Source: Bdellovibrionota bacterium (GTDB lineage Bacteria; Bdellovibrionota; UBA1018; CAIPTA01; JAALKR01). Taken from it: 64,000 nucleotides of DNA. This document shows positions 53,376 to 62,263 of this stretch, in pieces; position 1 is the stretch's first letter; every line of letters starts with the position of its first letter. Made by a program: the position numbers and the translations under genes. The DNA is taken from assembly GCA_965207455.1 (NCBI GenBank), contig CBDBMJ010000001.1:1184001-1248000 (forward strand), given 5' to 3'. The notes beneath the pieces were generated by a model that saw only the letters and a list, made by a program, of their open reading frames with translations, was not told the origin of the DNA and made no database searches.

Positions 53376-53798
53376 ATGTCGCCTGAAAAAGTAAAACATT
53401 TAGAGTTTATTCAAAATGTAGTCACTAGAATGAATACAAACTCTTTTCAAGTAAAAGGATGGAGTATTGTTATAGTTTCTGCATTAATGGCTATTTATGC
53501 ATCCACACAAAATAATTGTTTTTTTCTTACTTCAATATTCCCAGCTTTAATATTTTGGTTTTTAGACGCTTATTATCTGAATCAAGAGCGAAAGTTTAGA
53601 GGTCTTTATAATGATGTTGCTGGTGTTACAGATAAACCAAAAGAAATAAAACTTTTTGCAATGAGACCAGATTTATATATAGGCGGGAAGTATTCATACT
53701 GGAATACATTTTTTTCTATTACTATTTCAATGCTGTATTTACCAATAATAATTATTTTAACGGGTATTTTTCTATATTTTGAATTTTACATTAAATAA
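53376..53798 (+). CDS. Small 3-TM membrane protein associated with a TIR gene (start reassigned to MSPEK)
   Basis: KHLEFIQ...RM..NSF..KGW, two hydrophobic helices, FWFLDAYYL.QERKFR.LY and a C-terminal TM helix. Confidence 0.85.
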   Translation: MSPEKVKHLEFIQNVVTRMNTNSFQVKGWSIVIVSALMAIYASTQNNCFFLTSIFPALIFWFLDAYYLNQERKFRGLYNDVAGVTDKPKEIKLFAMRPDLYIGGKYSYWNTFFSITISMLYLPIIIILTGIFLYFEFYIK

Positions 53799-53811
53799 AG
53801 GAGTATAAATT

Positions 53812-54303
53812 ATGGCAAGAAAAACATTTTTTAGTTTTAAGTATTATGGGGACGTATCGAGAGCTATGGTGGTTAGGAATAGTTGGGTAACAAAAAAAGA
53901 AGAAGCAGTTGGCTTTATTGATTCTGCTGATTTTGAAAAAGTTAAGCAACAGGGGGATATAGCAATAAAAAACTGGATAGGCGCACAATTAAAAGGAACA
54001 TCTGTAACAGTAGTTTTGATTGGTGAGAAAACATCTACTAGTCGCTGGGTTATATATGAGATTAGAGAAAGTATTAAAATGAAAAATGGACTAGTGGCAA
54101 TTTTCATTAATAATATTCCTGATTTTAATAAAAAGGTATCAAAAAAAGGTAAGAACCCATTTGTTGAGCACTTTTCTTTTGGACCAAGTACGTCCGTTAA
54201 TCTAATTTATCCATGCTGCACTTACTATGATTGGATTCAGCATAATGGACATAAAAATATAGGGGCTTGGATTGAAAAGGCAGCAAAAGATGCCGGAAGA
54301 TAA
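53812..54303 (+). CDS. ThsB-like TIR domain protein (DUF1863 type)
   Basis: FFSF.Y..DV.R..VVRNSWV, TSVTVVLIG, RWVIYEI, KGKNPF and YDW motifs; RBS AAGGAG. Confidence 0.9.
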   Translation: MARKTFFSFKYYGDVSRAMVVRNSWVTKKEEAVGFIDSADFEKVKQQGDIAIKNWIGAQLKGTSVTVVLIGEKTSTSRWVIYEIRESIKMKNGLVAIFINNIPDFNKKVSKKGKNPFVEHFSFGPSTSVNLIYPCCTYYDWIQHNGHKNIGAWIEKAAKDAGR

Positions 54304-54534
54304 AATACTTAACAATTGTCAATCAGAGTCAAGTGAAATTTGTTTTCACAAATGCTTCTTGACAGACTGATAATTACCTCCCAGCCTATGCGTTAAGTAG
54401 GGTATCAGGATGAGTGACTTTTTTTACGCTTTTCGTACACAAAATCAAAATAAAGAACAGAAGCCCCTGCCCATCTCCAGCACAAAATAAGCAAGGGCAC
54501 TTCAAGCTAAATTACCAATGCACCTTGAGAGGCT

Positions 54535-54732
54535 CTATTTCGCCCACTCTGGGTCAAATTTCTCACTGATAATGATGGGCTTCCAGTTTACTTTTAAGAG
54601 CTGTCTGCGGTACTCCCTGAGGCGCACAAGGCAGTCCTTGGTTTCGAGGCAGCCTTCGAGTGCGGAGCTGCTGCTCAATCCGAGGTCGAGCAGTATGGTG
54701 ATGATGATTAGTTTGATTAGTAGTCTGTACAT
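54535..54732 (-). CDS. Small hypothetical protein with a hydrophobic N-terminus
   Basis: 65 aa ORF with AAGGAG RBS. Confidence 0.45.
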   Translation of the reverse strand: MYRLLIKLIIITILLDLGLSSSSALEGCLETKDCLVRLREYRRQLLKVNWKPIIISEKFDPEWAK

Positions 54733-55017
54733 AGTTGTTCTCCTTTTTGTTTTTGTTATTTTCGCTCTTTGTTAAATCATGAGATATTGAATACGGAAGA
54801 AACGTCTGACTATTTTTGTCGTATGACTTTTGAGCGAGTCATACAACGGGTCATACAAAGTCATACAGAACACCCTGATTTGCCCTGATTTTACCTGTTA
54901 TCAGGTGAGAATGCCCCCTATGCAAATATTAAATATGGACTTCTAATCTCTCGGTTTTATTGTGTTTTTCGTGTTTCTGTTGATTTAAGTGATTTTCTTG
55001 AAGATGATGCTATGAGT

Positions 55018-55092
55018 TGGCTGGGGTGGTAGGATTCGAACCTACGAATGCTGGAATCAAAATCCAGTGGCTTACCACTTGCCGACACCCCA
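55018..55092 (-). tRNA. tRNA-Gln(TTG)
   Basis: TGGGGTG...CTGGA-TTTTGAT-TCCAG...GTAGGTTCGAATCCTAC-CACCCCA-GCCA. Confidence 0.95.
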
Positions 55093-55147
55093 ATAAATAT
55101 AAATCTTTTTCCTCACGCTCCTTCATGCTCCCTCAAGTTCTCTTCAT

Positions 55148-56359
55148 TTATCTGCGCATCCAAGAGCAAAGCAACCCCGTTCTATTAGGATTGTATACAT
55201 TTTGTCTCTGACTCTTAAAATTTTGCAGGTTAGAGCGATTTCCCACTCGCACAGAAAGCTTTCTTTTTTTACCGTTCCTTAAAGTTAAAATTCTTACCGT
55301 TTTACCCGGACGAATGGAAGTAATTTTTTTTGTTAAGTCGAGAGGAGATTTTACGGGCTTTCCATCTACTTGTAAAATAATATCGCAAGGACGCATACCA
55401 CTTTCCTGTGCAGGGTTGCCGTTAGCCACTCCCGTAACCACCACACCCTCTACAGAAGGGTCCAAGGTGGAATTCTTTTTTAACTCTTTTGTAAGAGCAT
55501 CCATCTGTATGCCTATATAACCACGATTAACCATGCCCGTGGTTTTTAAATCCGGAAGAATCTTTTTTACATAATCCACCTGAATAGCAAATCCAATTCC
55601 TGTTGCTGTTTGCTTGTTCCCAAAAACAACCGTGTTTACTCCCACAACTTCGCCTGAAGTATTGATAAGCGGTCCACCACTATTGCCCGTATTAATATCC
55701 GCATCTGTTTGTATATAGTCCGCAAACTGAGAGGTGGGAAGCACACGTCCCTTAGCACTCACTATTCCTTGGGTAATAGAGGAGGTTAGCCCCAAAGGAT
55801 TTCCAATGGTCATTACAAATTCCCCAACCTCTAAGTCTAGACTGCTACCTAAGGGTGCTGCTATTAATTTTTCTTTCGTATTGATTTTAAGAAGCGCAAT
55901 ATCTCCCTCCACATCCCGACCAATTACTTGAGCTGGAATGGGGTTTTTCTTACCAAATAACAATACCTCGTAACTGGCTTTTGTAATGGCTTGCTCGCGA
56001 TTGGGTGGGGGAACCACATGATAGTTTGTGATGATGAGACCCTCTTTTGCGTCAATAATAAATCCAGAGCCTAGACTGCGCACAATGCGTCCTGCGGGAG
56101 GTGTCTGAGGAATCCCTCCAAAAAAATCCTCCAACAATCGACGATGGAAGGGATGAAATTGAAACCCTCCCTGCATCCTCTGAGCTGTGGTATTAATGGT
56201 AACCACGGTAGGGCTAAGCATTTTATACAGCTTTACATACAGGTTTTGAATATTATTGGTTACGGGTTTACGAGAACTTTTACCTGCAAGAGTGGCCACC
56301 GTAAAACCAGCGAGAACAACAATTGTGGCTATCCATAAAGAGTAATAGAGCTTTTTCAC
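55148..56359 (-). CDS. HtrA/DegQ-family serine protease with PDZ domain
   Basis: GSGFII, TNYHVV, DIALLKI and GNSGGPL motifs. Confidence 0.95.
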   Translation of the reverse strand: MKKLYYSLWIATIVVLAGFTVATLAGKSSRKPVTNNIQNLYVKLYKMLSPTVVTINTTAQRMQGGFQFHPFHRRLLEDFFGGIPQTPPAGRIVRSLGSGFIIDAKEGLIITNYHVVPPPNREQAITKASYEVLLFGKKNPIPAQVIGRDVEGDIALLKINTKEKLIAAPLGSSLDLEVGEFVMTIGNPLGLTSSITQGIVSAKGRVLPTSQFADYIQTDADINTGNSGGPLINTSGEVVGVNTVVFGNKQTATGIGFAIQVDYVKKILPDLKTTGMVNRGYIGIQMDALTKELKKNSTLDPSVEGVVVTGVANGNPAQESGMRPCDIILQVDGKPVKSPLDLTKKITSIRPGKTVRILTLRNGKKRKLSVRVGNRSNLQNFKSQRQNVYNPNRTGLLCSWMRR

Positions 56360-56604
56360 TTCTTCTTACTTTCATCTAAAAATTTTGTACGACACTCAAA
56401 TAAAAGACTCTCCAACAACTTCGATTCATCTTGGGAAAGGTTATTTTTTGTTTTTTCTTTTAACAACTCCAATAGGGCAATATTGTGATGGGCCATTCCC
56501 AGGTCCACCTCCTGCTTGCCCGTGTCTGGCTTAGGAGCTAAACCCAAACTCATCATGGCAGCCGAGGCTAGGGACATAATAAATGTGGAAAAGTCAATAT
56601 TCAT
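56356..56604 (-). CDS. DUF1844-like protein
   Basis: DFSTFIMSLASAA..LG and LKEKTKNNL..E motifs. Confidence 0.75.
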   Translation of the reverse strand: MNIDFSTFIMSLASAAMMSLGLAPKPDTGKQEVDLGMAHHNIALLELLKEKTKNNLSQDESKLLESLLFECRTKFLDESKKK

Positions 56605-56657
56605 ATACTCAAATCCCAGTGGAACACAGGGAGATTATAGCAAATTTCAGGCACTTA

Positions 56658-57407
56658 TCAAGTAAGAGAAAGGGCAATGAGTTTTTCTATGCGATTTTCA
56701 AAGGACGGATGGGTAAAACCGTAGAAAAAGAGATTGTTTATTGGACTGGGGGAAATCAAAAAAAGATGCTCCATGGCTAAGTTTTGCTCATGGGGAATGA
56801 TGCGACTGCTCAGACTTGCCATTTTTTGTAGCGCTCTGGCCAAAACGCCCGGTTGCTCAAAAATAGTGGCAGCATAGTGATCTGCCTTATAGCAACGACG
56901 CGGGTCGACTAAAAAGCAAATCAAGGACAGGGATAGCAAATAAAACAAAAAGGATATTCCCATGGGTATTTTCCTTCGAGACATATAGGCAAACGGAAGG
57001 ACCAAAAAGCTAGCAATGGGACACATGCGAAAACTCCTAAGTTTTACTTGAGCCAAGCAAAGTCCTAAGATTTCCTTCAACTCCTGTTGGGAAAGGAGTT
57101 GCAGCAAGCCCTCAGTTAGTACCACCTTGGAGTGTTTTTTTCTCCAGCAAGAAACAATAAAAGCATTGGGGAAAGAGTCGCGACAAATGAAAATTTGTGG
57201 ACAGGGAACATTTATTTTTTCTGCCAACGATTCCAACATTGCATAAAGGTTTTTTCCGTCAATACTTTCCGACTCCAAAGCATGTGTATGGGAATAAAAA
57301 AAAATTCTATCGACAGTGAAAATATAAATAAAAATTATTAGAGGTAACAGCAATGAAAAAATCAAATAGTAATGATTAAAGATGAACTCTCCCATATAAA
57401 TATCCAT
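56658..57407 (-). CDS. HtpX/M48-like membrane protein lacking HExxH
   Basis: PNAF, TEGLL, LARALQK and THPS..RI present; zinc motif replaced by LCLAQ. Confidence 0.75.
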   Translation of the reverse strand: MDIYMGEFIFNHYYLIFSLLLPLIIFIYIFTVDRIFFYSHTHALESESIDGKNLYAMLESLAEKINVPCPQIFICRDSFPNAFIVSCWRKKHSKVVLTEGLLQLLSQQELKEILGLCLAQVKLRSFRMCPIASFLVLPFAYMSRRKIPMGISFLFYLLSLSLICFLVDPRRCYKADHYAATIFEQPGVLARALQKMASLSSRIIPHEQNLAMEHLFLISPSPINNLFFYGFTHPSFENRIEKLIALSLT

Positions 57408-57478
57408 ATTCTCTTAGAATAATTCCTCTGAATCAATATGTAAAACCTGCCTCCCTAACACTGAAGACATACTTTTTT

Positions 57479-58828
57479 TTATTTGCCAATCAAGGCTCTG
57501 TATACGTTGAGACGACCACCAGACTTTACCTTGCCTCGCAAGCCAGGCACTTTGGTGGAAAAGTCTAATAACCTTTTCTTTATTTCCAAATACCCTGCAC
57601 CGGGAAAGTGGGACCATAGCAGGGCTGCTGCGCCAGCAACATGGGGAGCTGCCATAGAGGTTCCTCTTTTCCTTTTGTACTTTCCTCCAGGCACTGTGCT
57701 AAGTATGGAGAGTCCAGGAGCTGCTATGTGGACACTCTTCTTACCGTAGTTAGATCCAGGCAGCAGATTATCTTGATAACCTGTTGCACTCACAGAAATT
57801 ATATTATCAAGGCGCATACTAGCTGGCCACAAAGGAACCTTATCGATATTCACACCGTCATTTCCTGAGGCTGTCACAAACAACACTCCTTTTTTTCTTG
57901 CATAATTAATGGCACTTTCTTGTGCCTTACCCTCTATCTCTTTATCACCTACGGATTGAGAAATAATATGAGCACCACGTTCCACAGCATAGTACATGCC
58001 ATGAATAAAATTTGATACAGGACTAGGCGTATGCCTATTAAAAACTCGAACGACCATAATAGATACTTCTGGAGCCACACCACTGATACCTATACCATTG
58101 CCTCCAACAGCGCCAATAGTGCCAGCACAATGGGTTCCATGCCCATCAAAATCATAAGGGAGATTATCGTTATTCAAAAAATCCCAGCCCACAATATCTC
58201 CTGTTATGGGATCACCTGAGGCGTTTATGCCAGATAATATGCTGTCGGAATGGGGATTCCTCCATATATTGTAGGAAAGGTCCGGATGATTATAGTCCAC
58301 TCCAGAATCCAATACAGCAACAACCACTTTTTTTGATCCTCGCTCTATTTTCCATGCCTTGTGTGCAGAAATAGCCTTTAATCCATGGAGATGTCTAAGA
58401 TTAGGATCCTGCTTGCCATTGGGGTGCCCTATGATAGGTCCAATAGTAGATTTCTTTTTATTTCTTGAATCGACAGTCGAAGTAAAATCATCGCTGTTAC
58501 TGTGGAGAAGGTAATTGTGTTCAGCAAACTCAACAGCAGGATTACGATTCAGTTCATCTATTACTTCCTGAGCACTTGTGATGCTCGTATCCAATGCAAG
58601 GTGATACATACCCATATCTACCCCACCAAGAGGGCTTATACTTACCACACTTAAACTCTCGTATAATGTATTGAGCTCATCCTTGGAAAGAACCTCCCCC
58701 TTCTTATATTGAACAAGCACCTCTCCCTTTACATAGGACTCTCTCGAGGCTGCTGGGCTGGAGCTAGCCCATAGAAATATAATAAGTATTTCTATGCATA
58801 CAATGGTTTTTTTGCCTGCTTTTATCAT
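57479..58828 (-). CDS. Subtilisin-like S8 serine peptidase
   Basis: LDSG, HGTHCAG and GTSMAAPHVAG catalytic triad motifs. Confidence 0.95.
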   Translation of the reverse strand: MIKAGKKTIVCIEILIIFLWASSSPAASRESYVKGEVLVQYKKGEVLSKDELNTLYESLSVVSISPLGGVDMGMYHLALDTSITSAQEVIDELNRNPAVEFAEHNYLLHSNSDDFTSTVDSRNKKKSTIGPIIGHPNGKQDPNLRHLHGLKAISAHKAWKIERGSKKVVVAVLDSGVDYNHPDLSYNIWRNPHSDSILSGINASGDPITGDIVGWDFLNNDNLPYDFDGHGTHCAGTIGAVGGNGIGISGVAPEVSIMVVRVFNRHTPSPVSNFIHGMYYAVERGAHIISQSVGDKEIEGKAQESAINYARKKGVLFVTASGNDGVNIDKVPLWPASMRLDNIISVSATGYQDNLLPGSNYGKKSVHIAAPGLSILSTVPGGKYKRKRGTSMAAPHVAGAAALLWSHFPGAGYLEIKKRLLDFSTKVPGLRGKVKSGGRLNVYRALIGK

Positions 58829-58986
58829 GTTTCACCGCGTTATTATTCATGTCTTTTCTAGGTAAAGAAATATGAATATAGCGAGTGCGACAGTTGGTGT
58901 CAATTTATTTTTTTATTCAGGACCAAGCCACGAATGATCCATTGGCCTAATATTCCATTGGCCCGTAGTCCTAGCTGCTATACTTT

Positions 58987-60483
58987 TTATATACCCTTCA
59001 ATGCTTTGTATATGTTGAGACGGCCATTGCTCCTCAGCTTGCCTTGCAAATTAAATAATTTGTCGGAAGACTTCAGCAACTTTTGCTTTATTTCCAAATA
59101 GTTTGCATTGGGAAAATGGGACCATAGCAGGGCCACTGCACCCGAAACATGGGGAGTTGCCATAGAGGTTCCACTTATTCTTTGATACGCATTATCCGGC
59201 ATTGTACTTGCTATTCCAACTCCAGGAGCCGCTATATGGACACTATTCTTACCGTAGTTAGAAAAAGATGCCAAATTACCTCGAGAATCTGTTGCTGCCA
59301 CAGAAATCATATTACTTATACGAAAGTTAGCCGGCCAGTGCGGAAACTCATCATTATTAACAGCTTCATTTCCTGCGGCGGCTACAAACAATACGCCATT
59401 TTCTCTTGCATAGTTAATCATGCTTTGCGCTGCTCTGCTGGGCGGCGCATTGAGCACATTCCCCTCCTCGTCCACGATTGGACCTCTACCCAAAGAGTAG
59501 GAAATAATGTTCGCACCACGATCCACGGCATACATCATGCCCTTAATAGAGTTTGATAAGTACGCACTTCCATCACGAGCAATCCTAACAGCCATAATAG
59601 AGACTTCTGGAGCAACACCGGTAACACCCATGCCATTGTTTCCAACAGCACCAATAGTGCCAGCACAATGGGTTCCATGCCCATCAAAATCATAAGGAAG
59701 GTTATCGTTACGAATAAAGTCCCAGCCCACAAGATCTCCTGTTATTGGATTACCTAGAGGATTTATTCCAGATAAAAATGTATTACTACGAGGATTTTCC
59801 CACATATTGTAGGAAAGGTCCGGGTGATTATAGTCCACTCCAGAATCCAATACGGCAACAACTATATTCTTCGATCCTCGCTCTATTTCCCACGCTTTGT
59901 CTGCCTGAATAGCAAATAATCCATGGAGAAGGTGAAGACCAGGATCTTGGATACCATTGGGTTGTCCTACAATAGATAAAAGAGAAGGTTTAGCTCTTAA
60001 TGGTCTACAGCCCTTTGGATCATCTACGCCTGGAAAGAGGCAGTCTTCCGGCGACCTTCTGTCAATTGCATTTTCATTGGGATCGTCACCTGAACCGTCA
60101 CTTATAACAATATCATCATAGTAGAAAATATAGTTAGGCTCCACGTACTCAATGGCAGGATTATTTTTCAGATCATCTACCACCTCTTGTACACTTTTCG
60201 ATCCCACATCCAACACGAGATGTTCCATACCCTTAGCTACTTCAGTAAACGGACTTACACTCAATACGCCTAGCTTATTATATAATGTATTGATTTGATT
60301 TCTGGAAAGAATACTTCGAGTGTCTTCCTTATATTTAATAATCACCTCTCCCTTTACATACGATTCTTTCGAGGTTGCCTGACTACTCCATAGAAATATA
60401 CTCAGTATAGTTCCCACACATGCAAGGAGTGTTTCGTTTTGTGTTTCGTTTTGTGTTTCGTTTTGTATTCCGTTTACCATCAT
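58987..60483 (-). CDS. Subtilisin-like S8 serine peptidase (tandem paralog)
   Basis: LDSG, HGTHCAG and GTSMATPHVSG motifs; N-terminal QNET x3 repeat. Confidence 0.95.
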   Translation of the reverse strand: MMVNGIQNETQNETQNETLLACVGTILSIFLWSSQATSKESYVKGEVIIKYKEDTRSILSRNQINTLYNKLGVLSVSPFTEVAKGMEHLVLDVGSKSVQEVVDDLKNNPAIEYVEPNYIFYYDDIVISDGSGDDPNENAIDRRSPEDCLFPGVDDPKGCRPLRAKPSLLSIVGQPNGIQDPGLHLLHGLFAIQADKAWEIERGSKNIVVAVLDSGVDYNHPDLSYNMWENPRSNTFLSGINPLGNPITGDLVGWDFIRNDNLPYDFDGHGTHCAGTIGAVGNNGMGVTGVAPEVSIMAVRIARDGSAYLSNSIKGMMYAVDRGANIISYSLGRGPIVDEEGNVLNAPPSRAAQSMINYARENGVLFVAAAGNEAVNNDEFPHWPANFRISNMISVAATDSRGNLASFSNYGKNSVHIAAPGVGIASTMPDNAYQRISGTSMATPHVSGAVALLWSHFPNANYLEIKQKLLKSSDKLFNLQGKLRSNGRLNIYKALKGI

Positions 60484-60708
60484 AATTAATCCTTTTTTTA
60501 CTGTTTACACGGTTTCCATCTGTAGAAGCCAAAGGTTAACGTATTTTTCAATCTATGTAATGACCCCCAAAGTTAAACTATTTTTCCATATAAAAATTAT
60601 AGGGTTCCTTCGCGTCACTCTCTTATCCTCCATGTCGCGATGGATAAATGCTCTGTGGCGTGACTCTTTTTCTCTACACAACTAAAGAAAAGGCAGGCAA
60701 AAATAAAT

Positions 60709-61299
60709 ATGAATAGTGTCAAAAAAAAACTTAGCCAGCGTTTTTACCAACAGGATACCGCCTTGGTAGCTCGTAAGCTCTTGGGAAAAAAACTAGTGTA
60801 CCGAATAAAAAATCAATGCCTTGCTGGCATGATTGTGGAAACTGAGGCGTACTTGGGAGCAACGGATCCCTCTTGCCATTCTTTTAATAATAAAAGAACC
60901 CCACGTACAGAGATTATGTTTGGAGTGGGTGGACATTGCTATGTTTATTTCACCTATGGAATGCACTATTGTTTGAACGTGGTTACTGCCAAAGAAGGTC
61001 GACCCGAGGCCGTGCTTCTCCGATCGATTATACCGTTAGAGGGAATTACCACTATGGAGAAAAAAAGAAAACTAAAAAACAAGCCACTCGCTCAGCTCAC
61101 CAACGGTCCAGCTAAGTTATGCCAAGCACTTGGCATCAACAAAGATCTCAACGGGCATTCCCTACTCAGTAATACAATTTATATTGAACACTGTAAGCGT
61201 TTTAAAGAGAGCGACATTAAAATCTCTCCGCGAATAGGTTTAAACCCAAATCATAAAAGTGCTAACTGGCCCCTGCGTTTTTATATAGAGCCTAGCTAA
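60709..61299 (+). CDS. mpg: 3-methyladenine DNA glycosylase (AAG/MPG family)
   Basis: IVETEAY, YVYFTYGMH, AVLLR, NGPAKLCQA and RIG motifs. Confidence 0.93.
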   Translation: MNSVKKKLSQRFYQQDTALVARKLLGKKLVYRIKNQCLAGMIVETEAYLGATDPSCHSFNNKRTPRTEIMFGVGGHCYVYFTYGMHYCLNVVTAKEGRPEAVLLRSIIPLEGITTMEKKRKLKNKPLAQLTNGPAKLCQALGINKDLNGHSLLSNTIYIEHCKRFKESDIKISPRIGLNPNHKSANWPLRFYIEPS

Positions 61300-62263
61300 A
61301 CCAAGAGTTCCAAGCCATGGCAGCTTTAAGGGGCCAGGGCTTGGGATCGACGAGCACCTGTTCCGCACCTCTGGAAACATGGTTTCGTAGGTATTTCCAG
61401 GCACTGCTGGCATTTTCTTTTTCCTGGATCGAACAGCACTGATCCCACATTTTTCTTGTGAAGAAAAAGGCGTAGGTGGGTGTTTGGTAACGATGTTCGC
61501 ACCAGTGAACAAAGCGAGGAGCTATTTCTCTATCGTCGAATATTTCCAGTTGACTACGCCAATCGAATTTCGACCAGTCCGGGTCGAAAAAAGAATATAG
61601 ATCGGGGCCATGAAATTCCAAAATTTGTGTTTCAATATCAGACTTGGTTTTATCTATAATACTAAAAAGTAACAGTTTTCTTACGGGTAGCATGGAGGCC
61701 AGTAAGGGATGAAAGGTATCGAGTAAAAAATTGGGTTGGGGAAAATATGGCTCCATGGGTTTTTCTCCATAAAAAGAAAGAGAGGGATTTTTCCCCTTGG
61801 TGCCTGTGGTACCTTTGGTGCCTGTGGTACCTTTGGTGCCTGTGGCACCTTTGCCGTCAATACCCAGTATTTTTCTCAATTCCATGATTTGCACATAGTA
61901 GGAATCCCGGCCCTCCTGTGGTGACGTAACCATGGCCAATGCCTTCAGCACATCTTCCCTTTGGATCACCGTCATACCCTTGGCTTGGTAACGCCTACAA
62001 AACAGATCATAAACTGAGTCCATGTTTTCCAAACGCATATCCCTATCTCGAAAGATATTTTTTTTATTTTGTGGTGTTTTGTTCACACTTCCATGAATGA
62101 GTCGGTTCTCAAAGGATAGGGCAAGCACGGCTTTTTGCTTCGCAGGCGTCCAGCCCAATAGGCGATTAAATTTATGGTAGTTACGTCGCTGATCCATGGT
62201 GCTCATCTTCTTGCTGTTGAATTTGTAGGGGGAGAATGGAAAGGGGTGGAAGGGTGCCTTCAT
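61292..62263 (-). CDS. Hypothetical protein (start uncertain) with an internal TTGTKG repeat
   Basis: 323 aa ORF; 18-bp x3 repeat at 61797-61850. Confidence 0.6.
   Translation of the reverse strand: MKAPFHPFPFSPYKFNSKKMSTMDQRRNYHKFNRLLGWTPAKQKAVLALSFENRLIHGSVNKTPQNKKNIFRDRDMRLENMDSVYDLFCRRYQAKGMTVIQREDVLKALAMVTSPQEGRDSYYVQIMELRKILGIDGKGATGTKGTTGTKGTTGTKGKNPSLSFYGEKPMEPYFPQPNFLLDTFHPLLASMLPVRKLLLFSIIDKTKSDIETQILEFHGPDLYSFFDPDWSKFDWRSQLEIFDDREIAPRFVHWCEHRYQTPTYAFFFTRKMWDQCCSIQEKENASSAWKYLRNHVSRGAEQVLVDPKPWPLKAAMAWNSWFS

Larger units (their letters stand above)
44329..55031. mobile_element. Integrative element/defence island inserted at the tRNA-Gln 3' end
   Basis: 16-bp direct repeat GTTGGCTGGGGTGGTA at 44329-44344 and 55016-55031; tyrosine integrase and Xis at one end; visibly AT-rich. 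Confidence 0.92.

Noticed and set aside
44329..55031. Prophage
   Set aside because: No structural, terminase or lysis genes
55017..55211. 64-aa ORF
   Set aside because: Antisense to tRNA-Gln
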